Positions 1-7,918 of a stretch of 64,000 nt of DNA are shown one piece after another. Source of the stretch: Gemmatimonadales bacterium (GTDB lineage: Bacteria > Gemmatimonadota > Gemmatimonadetes > Gemmatimonadales > GWC2-71-9). The stretch is taken from contig JBFJCP010000017.1 of NCBI GenBank assembly GCA_041615815.1, forward strand, positions 1 through 64,000, read 5' to 3'. Under the pieces are notes generated by a model. That model was not told where the DNA came from and made no database searches. It saw only the letters and a program-made list of their open reading frames with translations. How positions within the stretch are numbered: the stretch's first letter is position 1; each line of letters opens with the position of its first letter. The translations under genes and the position numbers were made by a program.

Positions 1-121
1 GGAGGAGGGGATGCGGTTCAATCAGTTGTTGATCGCGCCCTTCATCGGGGTCGGCTCACCCGTGGACCAAACCATGTGGATCGATGAGCTGACCGTCGCG
101 ACAGCGACGACGGGGGGCTGA
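1..121 (+). CDS. 3' end of an upstream gene (partial); possibly a carbohydrate-binding/lyase-like beta-sandwich protein
   Basis: The frame from base 2 is open: EEGMRFNQLLIAPFIGVGSPVDQTMWIDELTVATATTGG*, with TGA at 119-121 just before the next ORF. The function is a weak guess. Confidence 0.55.
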   Translation, partial: EEGMRFNQLLIAPFIGVGSPVDQTMWIDELTVATATTGG

Positions 122-164
122 GTTGGGGACGAACCTGCCCGCCGGACGTCGCTATGCGCCGACG

Positions 165-1847
165 ATGCTCCTCGCGGGTCTGATGGGACTCGTGGCGGGG
201 TGCGGCATTCAAGGCGAGCTCATCGACCCGCTTGGCGAGCGGGGGACGGTCCAGATTGCGGTCGCGGGTCTTGCCGGTTCAGCATCGAACGGCGGATCGG
301 CGTCGCTCGACCCGACCGACGGTGAGGGGGCGATCGTCACGGTCGTCATTGCTAGCAACGGCGTGGGGGAGGCGACGGACGTTTCCGTTGGATCGTACGA
401 GGTGCAGTACTCGCCGCCGGCAGACCATGTGATCGCGCCCGGCGATGCGCCCACCAAGACGATCCAGGTCAGTTCGGACGCCACCGCGGAAGTGAGTTTC
501 ACGGTTCAATCGAACGGTGACGAAGGCCCACCGCCGCCTCCCCCGCCACCTCCTCCTCCACCTCCACCAGTGGCGATTCCAGGGTGTCAGGCTACGGGCT
601 CGTCGAGTTGCGAGGCGATGGGTGATGCGACTTGCTGGTACGTGTCAGCCAACGGTGACGACGGCAATGCCGGCACCGAAAGCCAGCCGCTCCGAACGCC
701 GCAGACGGCGGTGACGCGTGCGGGCCCGGGCGATGTGATCTACTTGATGCCCGGTGCCGTGTTCGGGGTCGACCATACCGTCGCTGGACCGGACAACAGC
801 CAGACGGGCACTCCCGAGCGGCTCATTGCCAATATCTCGCCTCCCGGCGGTGCAGGGCCGGGCACGGCCGCCGCACCGATTACGCTCAAGAGCCTACCGG
901 GTCAGTCGTGCGCGGTCATCGAAGGCACAGCCACGGAGGACATCAGGCTGTGGGTGAGCCAGCCGTACTGGCGGGTCGAGAATCTGATCATCGATGGTGG
1001 CAACATCGGTGTGGGGGAGCGCTTCGTCTCGGACGTCCACGATATCTGGATCCTCGGGAACGAAGTCTCGAACTATCGGACCATGTCCGGGTCGAACTGG
1101 GGGATCATCAAGGTCGACGAAGCGGATCCCTCTCCGTACAACATCTATATCGAAAACAACGTGATGCACGACATGAACGACGGAGGCACGGCGTGGAGCC
1201 AGGAGGGCGATTTGGAGCATCACGCCGGTTTTGCCCTCATCGCTTCCTCGGGCCTCGTTCAGTTCCGAAATAACGTGATCTACAATGCGCCGAGCGCGTT
1301 CTACTTCAAACGGGATCACGCGGGGCCCACCGTTGTGCAGGGGAATCTCATCTTCAACGTGGTGACGATGGGGCAGTGGCGGCCCGCGAACAATACGTTC
1401 GAGCGGAACGTGGTGTTCAATGTGCTGGATGGTGGAGGACCGCGCACGCGGAGTGGCTCGACGAACAACGTGTATCGCAACAATACGTTCGTGGACATGG
1501 ATCACGCCGTGAATCTGGACGGTCCCATGAACGGCCATACCGTGGAGGACAACGTGATCTTCGGTCCAGGGTATCTGCTCGAATTCAACAGCGCGAGCGG
1601 AGACGTTGGGCAAAGTGGGTTGGACGACAATTGCTTCATCACACCTGCAGGGTTCACGGCATTCCGAGCGGTCAGCGGCGGGAGCTCATTCACGCTCGAC
1701 GAGTTTCGCAACACCTTCTCTCGTGAGCTGAATAGTGTGCAGTTGGTAGAGACGAACAAGAGTGCGGTATTCACCGACCCCGACGCTGGAAACTTTGCGT
1801 TGATTGGGGTGGCCGCGGGCTCGTGTTCCGGTGACGGAGCGTACTGA
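165..1847 (+). CDS. Lipoprotein with Ig-like N-domain, poly-Pro linker and right-handed parallel beta-helix (pectate-lyase-like) domain
   Basis: Lipobox LVAG-C after ATG 165 (ORF open from 123). Contains 14 consecutive Pro, a WYVSANGDDGNAGTESQPLRT...GPGDVIYL start motif and many Asn-ladder repeats (IENNV, FRNNV, VQGNL, FERNV, YRNNT). Confidence 0.75.
   Translation: MLLAGLMGLVAGCGIQGELIDPLGERGTVQIAVAGLAGSASNGGSASLDPTDGEGAIVTVVIASNGVGEATDVSVGSYEVQYSPPADHVIAPGDAPTKTIQVSSDATAEVSFTVQSNGDEGPPPPPPPPPPPPPPVAIPGCQATGSSSCEAMGDATCWYVSANGDDGNAGTESQPLRTPQTAVTRAGPGDVIYLMPGAVFGVDHTVAGPDNSQTGTPERLIANISPPGGAGPGTAAAPITLKSLPGQSCAVIEGTATEDIRLWVSQPYWRVENLIIDGGNIGVGERFVSDVHDIWILGNEVSNYRTMSGSNWGIIKVDEADPSPYNIYIENNVMHDMNDGGTAWSQEGDLEHHAGFALIASSGLVQFRNNVIYNAPSAFYFKRDHAGPTVVQGNLIFNVVTMGQWRPANNTFERNVVFNVLDGGGPRTRSGSTNNVYRNNTFVDMDHAVNLDGPMNGHTVEDNVIFGPGYLLEFNSASGDVGQSGLDDNCFITPAGFTAFRAVSGGSSFTLDEFRNTFSRELNSVQLVETNKSAVFTDPDAGNFALIGVAAGSCSGDGAY
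528..569 (+). repeat. Poly-proline-encoding low-complexity tract (14 Pro, mixed CCN codons)
   Basis: ccaccgccgcctcccccgccacctcctcctccacctccacca, in frame. Confidence 0.9.
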
Positions 1848-1867
1848 CATCGTCTGGTGCGAGATCG

Positions 1868-1883
1868 GCACGCGAGGGCGTGC
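1868..1883. terminator. Short inverted repeat between convergent genes
   Basis: GCACGC-gagg-GCGTGC, with no U-tract. Confidence 0.3.
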
Positions 1884-1892
1884 AACCGCGGA

Positions 1893-3830
1893 CTAATCGA
1901 TGGCGCTCGTCGTCGAGATTCGGTGCTCGTAGGGAGTGATCGAGCCTGACTCGGCGTAGAGGCGGTGCCACGTCGAGAAGCAGAGGAGGGCCCACAATGT
2001 TCCTTCCCAATTGTGTTTCCGCGAGGTGTGCTCGTCGATGAGGCGGGTGACGGTGTTCGGGTCGAAGAATCCCAACCGGCCCATGCGCGCCTCCGAGAGT
2101 TCGTCGGTGAGCATATCCCGAAGCTCGTGGCGCAACCACGCCGCCGTGGGTCCGACAAAGCCGCGTTTGGGAGCGGAGAAATGTTGGTCGGGGAGCCGCT
2201 CTCGCAGCGCGGCGCGCAGCAAGCGCTTCTTTTGGCCGAGGCCGATGCGCACCCGATCCGGCAATGGGAACGCACGCTCCACGAACGGATGGTCCACAAA
2301 CGGCACACGAATCTCGAGACTGTGGGCCATGGCCACCCGGTCGCTCAGGTGGAGGAGATCGTCAGGAAGGTAGGTCTTGTAGTCCAGGTACAACGCGGTT
2401 CGGACGCCGGCGTGCGCTCCCCCATCGTCGTGCAAACGGCGAAACAGATCGAGCGTGGGGTGATGCTGGATGATCTCCCGAATGCCGCTGGCGTAGAGGG
2501 TCCCACCGAGGCCGTTGGCCGGAAACCGGTTCAGCATGTCCAGATAACGATCGGTCGCGGCGCCACCGCTCACCCGCAGAAACCGCTTGAGCCGATTCAC
2601 CCCCGGGCTGGCGTCACGTGGTTCGGGCACGAGGTCGGCAAGGGCACTTGCGCCCTGTCGCAGAGCGCGTGGCAGGCGGGCATACCAATCGCTGAGCAGC
2701 AGCCCGAGATGTCTGGGGTATCCGGCGAACAGCTCATCCCCTCCCGTTCCCACCAGCGCTACCTTGTAGTCAGCGGCCACGGCCTCGGAGATGAGCCACG
2801 AGGGGATGGCGGAGTCATCGGCGTGGGGCTCGTCGAGCGCATGCACGATGGGCTCAAACAGCTCGCGAACGCTGGGTCGGACATCGACGACGGTTAATTT
2901 GGCCTGATAGCGTTTGGCGAGCAGACGCGCCAGGTCGGTCTCGTCCGCGGCGGCCGCACCCGTGCCGTGATAGCGCGCAGTAAAGGCGTGCGGCGGTTCC
3001 CCGGTTTGCGCCATGCTCGCCACGACCGCAGACGAATCGATCCCACCGCTCAGGAATGCCGCCACCGGGACATCGCTGACCATATGCGCCGCCACGGACT
3101 CGTCGAGCCACTCCAAAACGTGACGCTCGAGATCAGCGGGCGCGACGTCATCGCCCAGTGGTAGATCCCAGTACCGGTGGGTGGTGACGTCGCCGTCCCG
3201 CCAGCGCAGCCAGTGCCCGGGCTCGAGCTTGCGCACCGAGCGGAAGGGCGTGGCAGGGGCGGGGATGTAGCCCAGGCGGAAGTACATGTCGAGCGCTTGC
3301 CAGTCCAACTCGCCGCCGGTGAGCCCGACTGCATGCAGCGCCTTGAGCTCCGAGGCGAAGGCCAGACCCCAGGGGCCGCGCACGATATAGAGTGGTTTGA
3401 TTCCGAAGCGATCTCTGGCGAGCAACAGTGATTGGTCCGAGGCGTCCCAAAGGGCAAACGCAAACATGCCGCGAAGGCGCGTGACACACTCGGGTCCGAG
3501 CTCCTCGTAGAGATGCACGATGGTCTCGGTGTCCGAGCTGGTCTCGATGAGGTGTCCACGGGCCAACAGGTCGCGACGGAGGTCGCGATAGTTGTAAATC
3601 TCGCCGTTGAAGACGATGACCTTGGAACGATCTTCATTGAAGATCGGCTGGTGCCCGCCAGCGAGGTCGATGATACTCAAGCGCCGCATGCCAAGTCCCA
3701 CGCGCCCGGACACGAAGAGGCCCTGGTCGTCCGGCCCGCGGTGACGGATGGAGTCGCACATCTCGGTCAGCGTGGCTCGGGACACCCCGTGCTCCGGGGT
3801 CCGGTGGACGAGACCTACGATGCCGCACAT
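1893..3830 (-). CDS. asnB: Asparagine synthase (glutamine-hydrolysing)-family amidotransferase, polysaccharide-locus type
   Basis: Starts MCGIVG (Ntn Cys). Motifs HRGPD, RRLSIID, FNGEIYN, RDRFGIKPL, LSGGIDSS, GTGGDELFAGY, SLEIRVPF and PKRGF. Confidence 0.92.
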   Translation of the reverse strand: MCGIVGLVHRTPEHGVSRATLTEMCDSIRHRGPDDQGLFVSGRVGLGMRRLSIIDLAGGHQPIFNEDRSKVIVFNGEIYNYRDLRRDLLARGHLIETSSDTETIVHLYEELGPECVTRLRGMFAFALWDASDQSLLLARDRFGIKPLYIVRGPWGLAFASELKALHAVGLTGGELDWQALDMYFRLGYIPAPATPFRSVRKLEPGHWLRWRDGDVTTHRYWDLPLGDDVAPADLERHVLEWLDESVAAHMVSDVPVAAFLSGGIDSSAVVASMAQTGEPPHAFTARYHGTGAAAADETDLARLLAKRYQAKLTVVDVRPSVRELFEPIVHALDEPHADDSAIPSWLISEAVAADYKVALVGTGGDELFAGYPRHLGLLLSDWYARLPRALRQGASALADLVPEPRDASPGVNRLKRFLRVSGGAATDRYLDMLNRFPANGLGGTLYASGIREIIQHHPTLDLFRRLHDDGGAHAGVRTALYLDYKTYLPDDLLHLSDRVAMAHSLEIRVPFVDHPFVERAFPLPDRVRIGLGQKKRLLRAALRERLPDQHFSAPKRGFVGPTAAWLRHELRDMLTDELSEARMGRLGFFDPNTVTRLIDEHTSRKHNWEGTLWALLCFSTWHRLYAESGSITPYEHRISTTSAID

Positions 3831-3915
3831 GGTGTAACCTCTGGCACGGGCAGTCGCTCCTGGGGTGAGGCGTTGTCCGACCATCGTGGTCGGAACGCAG
3901 AACACGCTTGGGTGG

Positions 3916-3931
3916 CGCAAGGGAGGCGCCA
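3916..3931 (-). promoter_or_regulatory. Sigma-54 -24/-12 promoter for asnB
   Basis: Minus strand reads TGGCGCCTCCCTTGCG (GG-N10-GC). Confidence 0.7.
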
Positions 3932-3968
3932 GGAGCCCGCTGCATGGTTGGCTCCGCAAGAAGTATGA

Positions 3969-3993
3969 TAAGTTATTGTAAGTAACGTTATTA
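3969..3993. promoter_or_regulatory. 25-bp AT-rich quasi-palindrome, IHF-like site
   Basis: TAAGTTATTGTAAGTAACGTTATTA, lying between the sigma-54 promoter and the enhancer. Confidence 0.5.
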
Positions 3994-4032
3994 GGCCTAT
4001 TCCTGCCGTTCCGGAATCAGCAGCAGCGGTTC

Positions 4033-4060
4033 GTGACTGTTGCGTGAAGGCAACAGTCAC
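4033..4060. promoter_or_regulatory. Perfect inverted repeat, candidate enhancer (UAS) for a sigma-54 activator
   Basis: GTGACTGTTGC-gtgaag-GCAACAGTCAC. The core TGTTGC-N6-GCAACA recurs elsewhere in the window. Confidence 0.65.
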
Positions 4061-4188
4061 GGCCGGATTGCCGCTGTTGCGTCCTGCGACGGTGGTGGCT
4101 CGCTTGTTGCCATGCCCCGGTGTGATCGCCGCGGCGTACGTGTGGTGATGAGGTTGACGGCGCGGGACCGCCACAGGGTGCACTATCC

Positions 4189-5016
4189 ATGATGTCGATG
4201 CCAGTGGAAGCGAAAACAGCGGAACCCGATTCCGAGACCGCCCAGCGGCGGCCCGTCACGATCGTGATGTATCACTCGGTCGACCCGGAGGTCGATGCCT
4301 ACACGATCAGCCCGGACGCCTTCCTACGGCAGATACGGTTTCTCAAGCGTCACTTCGCGATCATTCGTCTCCATGATATCGAATCGGCGCTGAACGACAC
4401 GAGTGGGAGCGCCCGCAAGCTGGTCATCACGTTCGACGATGCGTTCCTCGACTTTCTGGAGGTCGCCTATCCCGTGCTCGCCGAGCACGAGGTTCCGTCG
4501 ACGGTGTTCGTACCCACGGGGTACGTCGGCGGGCACAATGACTGGGACGCCGCTCATCCCTCCTACCGGCGCAAGCGGCTGATGACGAAAGCGCAACTCC
4601 GGACGTTGTGGCAGGGCGGGCTGGTGGACTTTGGTTCCCACACGGTGACGCACGCACGAATGAGCGATCTTTCCACCGAGGATCTCCACAAGGAAACCGC
4701 GGAATCGAAGGGGGAGCTCGAAACCCTCTTGGGTGTGCCTGTCACGATGTTCGCCTACCCCTACGGCCAATTGGACGACATTTCGGAGCAGGCCGTCGAG
4801 GCCGTGCGGGCTGCCGGTTATCGGAGCGCCGTGACGACGCACTGGGGTGCATGGAACTCCGTGGATCAGCTGTTGCGACTGCGCCGGATTTACTTCCAGG
4901 AGGACGACTCGGATCGCGTGCTGGGGCTCAAGGCTACGGGCCTCTACGATTGGCGGAGTGCCAAGGAGCGGGTGGGGCACGCGGTGCGGAGCGTGCGACG
5001 CAAGCTCGGAGGGTGA
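4189..5016 (+). CDS. Polysaccharide deacetylase (CE4/NodB homology)
   Basis: Motifs MYHSV, ITFDDA, SHTVTH and FAYPYG. Confidence 0.88.
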   Translation: MMSMPVEAKTAEPDSETAQRRPVTIVMYHSVDPEVDAYTISPDAFLRQIRFLKRHFAIIRLHDIESALNDTSGSARKLVITFDDAFLDFLEVAYPVLAEHEVPSTVFVPTGYVGGHNDWDAAHPSYRRKRLMTKAQLRTLWQGGLVDFGSHTVTHARMSDLSTEDLHKETAESKGELETLLGVPVTMFAYPYGQLDDISEQAVEAVRAAGYRSAVTTHWGAWNSVDQLLRLRRIYFQEDDSDRVLGLKATGLYDWRSAKERVGHAVRSVRRKLGG

Positions 5017-5017
5017 A

Positions 5018-5035
5018 CGTTGCAGCGATGCAGCG
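5018..5035. promoter_or_regulatory. Candidate enhancer site upstream of the halogenase
   Basis: CGTTGC-agcgat-GCAGCG. Confidence 0.4.
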
Positions 5036-5094
5036 ATCACCGCCGCTGAGCTGCTGAGAGGCAGGCCAGTCCCCCTCGGCGAGGCACGGCAAGT

Positions 5095-5110
5095 TGGCCT
5101 GCTACTTGCA
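5095..5110 (+). promoter_or_regulatory. Sigma-54 promoter for the halogenase gene
   Basis: TGGCCTGCTACTTGCA (GG-N10-GC). Confidence 0.65.
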
Positions 5111-5253
5111 CCTGGGGCGTCTGCATTCGCGAGATACGCTCGCGATCGAGGGGACCGGGTCACCGTCCTCCTCGTTGAGCCCCGGACCGGTTCGGCACGA
5201 CTGACCGGGCCGTCGATCCGTGGGTGGACCACCAGCGAGACATTGGCGGTTTC

Positions 5254-6522
5254 ATGGCAGACGTCATCATCATTGGGGGAGGGCCCGCCGGCGCCACACT
5301 CGGCTGTTACCTCTCGAAGGCCGGCATCGACAACATCATCATCGAGAAGGCGATCCATCCGCGGCCGCACGTGGGCGAATCCATGGTGATGGCCACCGTG
5401 CGCATCTGGGATGAGATCGGGTTTCTCGAGACAATGGAAACCGAGCGTTTCCCCAAGAAGTACGGGGCTTCCTGGCACCCGGCGGGGAAGACCGAAGAGA
5501 TCGACATCGCGTTCCGCGAGTTCCCCCAGGAAGGAATCAACCAGGACTACACGTATCACGTGGACCGGGCCAAGTACGACCTGCTCCTGCTGAAGCACGC
5601 GGAGCAGTTGGGCTCGAAGATCTACGAAGGTGTCCAGGTCAAGGAAGTGCTGTTCGAGGACGGGACGGCGTGTGGGGTCCGGGCGGCGCTCGCCGACAAG
5701 GAAATCACCTTGAACGCCAAGGTGATCATCGATGCCACGGGGCGGGACACGATCCTCGGACGCCAGCTCAAGCTCAAGAAGAACGATCCTATTTTCGACC
5801 AGTACGCCGTCCACGCTTGGTACGACAACGTCGACCGCGGCACGGTACCCACGGACGACTACATCCATATCTACTTCTTACCGGTGGAGCGCGGCTGGGC
5901 GTGGCAGATTCCCATCACGGACGAGATCACGTCGATGGGCGTCGTGGCGGAAAAGGATGTGTTCCGGGCTGCGAAACTGGACGTCGAGGGATACTTCCAG
6001 AAATACGTGGACTCCAACCCCAATCTGGCCGCCGCCATGAGGCCGGCCCGGCGCCTCAACGACTTCAGACGGGAAGGCGATTACAGCTACAGCATGCGGA
6101 AGTTCTGCGGCGATGGGTGGATGCTGCTCGGCGACGCCGCGCGATTCGTCGATCCCATTTTCTCCTCGGGCGTGAGTGTGGCCATGCACAGCGCCAAGTT
6201 CGCAGCCGAACGCATCTGGTGTGCGCTGGAGCAGAACCGGTTCGACCGAGAGATTCTCCTGCCTTACGAGACGAAGCTGCGTGGTGGGGTGGAGATCTGG
6301 TACGACTTCATTCGACTGTATTACAAGCTCCTGCCTCTCTTCACGCACTTCATTCAAGCGCCGGAGCACCGGCTGGGCTTGCTCCAGCTATTGCAGGGCG
6401 ACGTGTACGAGCGCGAGGAGTGTCCGCCGGTGCTGGATGCCATGCGCAACTACGTCCAGACCGTCGAGGAGACACCCAACCACATTCTCCGCAAGTATCT
6501 CACTGACATCCCGGTGGGGTGA
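5254..6522 (+). CDS. FAD-dependent halogenase, PltA-like (pyrrolyl-carrier protein halogenase)
   Basis: GGGPAG, HVGES, FPKKYGA (catalytic Lys region), WAWQIP halogenase motif, GDAARFVDPIFSSGVSVA, and a C-terminal YYKL...LLQGDVY resembling PltA as recalled. Confidence 0.85.
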   Translation: MADVIIIGGGPAGATLGCYLSKAGIDNIIIEKAIHPRPHVGESMVMATVRIWDEIGFLETMETERFPKKYGASWHPAGKTEEIDIAFREFPQEGINQDYTYHVDRAKYDLLLLKHAEQLGSKIYEGVQVKEVLFEDGTACGVRAALADKEITLNAKVIIDATGRDTILGRQLKLKKNDPIFDQYAVHAWYDNVDRGTVPTDDYIHIYFLPVERGWAWQIPITDEITSMGVVAEKDVFRAAKLDVEGYFQKYVDSNPNLAAAMRPARRLNDFRREGDYSYSMRKFCGDGWMLLGDAARFVDPIFSSGVSVAMHSAKFAAERIWCALEQNRFDREILLPYETKLRGGVEIWYDFIRLYYKLLPLFTHFIQAPEHRLGLLQLLQGDVYEREECPPVLDAMRNYVQTVEETPNHILRKYLTDIPVG

Positions 6523-6554
6523 GGCCAGCGGGGGGCACGCCCCTTAGCACGAAC

Positions 6555-6586
6555 GCGCGGCAGGTCCCCACGGGTCCCTGCCGCGC
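6555..6586 (+). terminator. Stem-loop after the halogenase
   Basis: GCGCGGCAGG-N12-CCTGCCGCGC followed by ctcgttt. Confidence 0.55.
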
Positions 6587-6641
6587 CTCGTTTCCGGTCT
6601 GTTCCGGACCGAGGTGGCACCCTACCTTGGCGAGGCCTCAG

Positions 6642-6657
6642 AGGAACGGACCTTGCA
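6642..6657 (+). promoter_or_regulatory. Sigma-54-like promoter for the dehydrogenase/adenylation operon
   Basis: AGGAACGGACCTTGCA (GG-N10-GC). Confidence 0.5.
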
Positions 6658-6704
6658 CTTCTCTGAGGAGCCCGAGGCGGTGGGGAGGACGATGAAAGAA
6701 CTCA

Positions 6705-6729
6705 TAACACGTTGTAATACAATAACGTA
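6705..6729. promoter_or_regulatory. 25-bp IHF-like quasi-palindrome
   Basis: TAACACGTTGTAATACAATAACGTA (TTG-N5-CAA core). Confidence 0.5.
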
Positions 6730-6746
6730 GAGGGTTTTGCCAGCTC

Positions 6747-7904
6747 ATGGAATTCTCGTGGAACGACCAGCAGCGCGAGTTCCGCCAGGCGGTGGTCGAG
6801 TTCGCGCGACGAACCCTGGACAGCGATGTGATGGCGCGCGAGCAGCGGGGCGAGTTCGCCCGCGACCTCTGGCAACAATGCGCCGAATTCGGCATCCAGG
6901 GTCTCCCGTTCCCCCCGGAGTACGCCGGGATGGGGGAGGATGTCGTGACGACCATGTTGGCGATGGAGGCGCTGGGTTACGCGTGTAAGGACCGCGGGCT
7001 CCTCTTCTCGATCCACGCGCACATGTGGAGCGTGGCGATGCCGATCTTGTCCTTCGGGTCAGAGGAACAGAAGCGCCGCTACTTGACCAAACTGTGTGAC
7101 GGAAGTTGGGTCGGTGCCCACGCCATGAGCGAACCGGACACCGGTTCAGACGCCTTCGGGCTCACGACGCGAGCTGAGCGCCGGGGAGACCGCTACATCC
7201 TGAACGGTGCGAAGACCTTTTGTACCAATGCCCCCGTGGGCGACCTCTTCGTCGTCTTCGCCACTGTGGACAAGAACAAGGGGATGTTCGGTGTCACGGG
7301 TTTCTTGGTGGAGAAGGGCACCAGCGGCCTCACGGTCGGCCAGCCCATTCCCAAGATGGGTCTCACGACCTCGCCGATGGCGGAGGTGATCCTGGAGGAC
7401 TGCGAGGTCCCGGCGGAGAACGTGTTGGGCCGCGAAGGATTGGGGGCCACCATCTTCAATCACTCCATGGGGTGGGAGCGGAGCTGCATTCTGGCCACCG
7501 ATGTGGGCGCGATGGAGCGTCAGCTCGAGACCTGCATCTGCTACGCGAAGGAGCGGCGCCAGTTCGGGAAACCCATTGGCAACTTCCAGCTGGTGGCGTC
7601 CAAGATCGCGGATATGAAGGTGCGTCTCGAAACCTCGAAGCTCCTCCTGTACAAAGCGGCCTGGAGTCAGTCCAGGAACGAGATGAGCGCCATCGACGCG
7701 GCGATGGCCAAGGTCTACATCAGCGAGGCTGCCGTGGCCTCGGCACTGGATGCGATCCAGGTGCACGGTGGGTACGGATACATGAAAGAGTTCGAGATCG
7801 AGCGGGAATTGCGTGACGCGATCGGCGGCAAGTTGTACTCGGGTACGTCCGAGATCCAGCGGCTCATCATCGCTCGCAACCTCGGGCTCACGCCGAAGAA
7901 CTGA
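6747..7904 (+). CDS. Acyl-CoA dehydrogenase family; L-prolyl-carrier protein dehydrogenase-like (PltE/RedW/CloN3 type)
   Basis: SEPDTGSD, LNGAKTFCTNAP, RRQFGKPIG and HGGYGY. Has SMGWER, and YSGTSEIQ where most ACADs have YEGT. Confidence 0.82.
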   Translation: MEFSWNDQQREFRQAVVEFARRTLDSDVMAREQRGEFARDLWQQCAEFGIQGLPFPPEYAGMGEDVVTTMLAMEALGYACKDRGLLFSIHAHMWSVAMPILSFGSEEQKRRYLTKLCDGSWVGAHAMSEPDTGSDAFGLTTRAERRGDRYILNGAKTFCTNAPVGDLFVVFATVDKNKGMFGVTGFLVEKGTSGLTVGQPIPKMGLTTSPMAEVILEDCEVPAENVLGREGLGATIFNHSMGWERSCILATDVGAMERQLETCICYAKERRQFGKPIGNFQLVASKIADMKVRLETSKLLLYKAAWSQSRNEMSAIDAAMAKVYISEAAVASALDAIQVHGGYGYMKEFEIERELRDAIGGKLYSGTSEIQRLIIARNLGLTPKN

Positions 7905-7918
7905 CGGCTGGAGGCGGC

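Noticed and set aside
1893..3830. asnB genes as lasso peptide cyclases
   Set aside because: Both retain an intact N-terminal Cys glutaminase domain, and no precursor, RRE or B protease is visible.
6615..6631. TGGCAC at 6615 (and TGGCACG at 17634) as sigma-54 promoters
   Set aside because: Spacing to the -12 element is off by one and the GC dinucleotide is missing at the required position.
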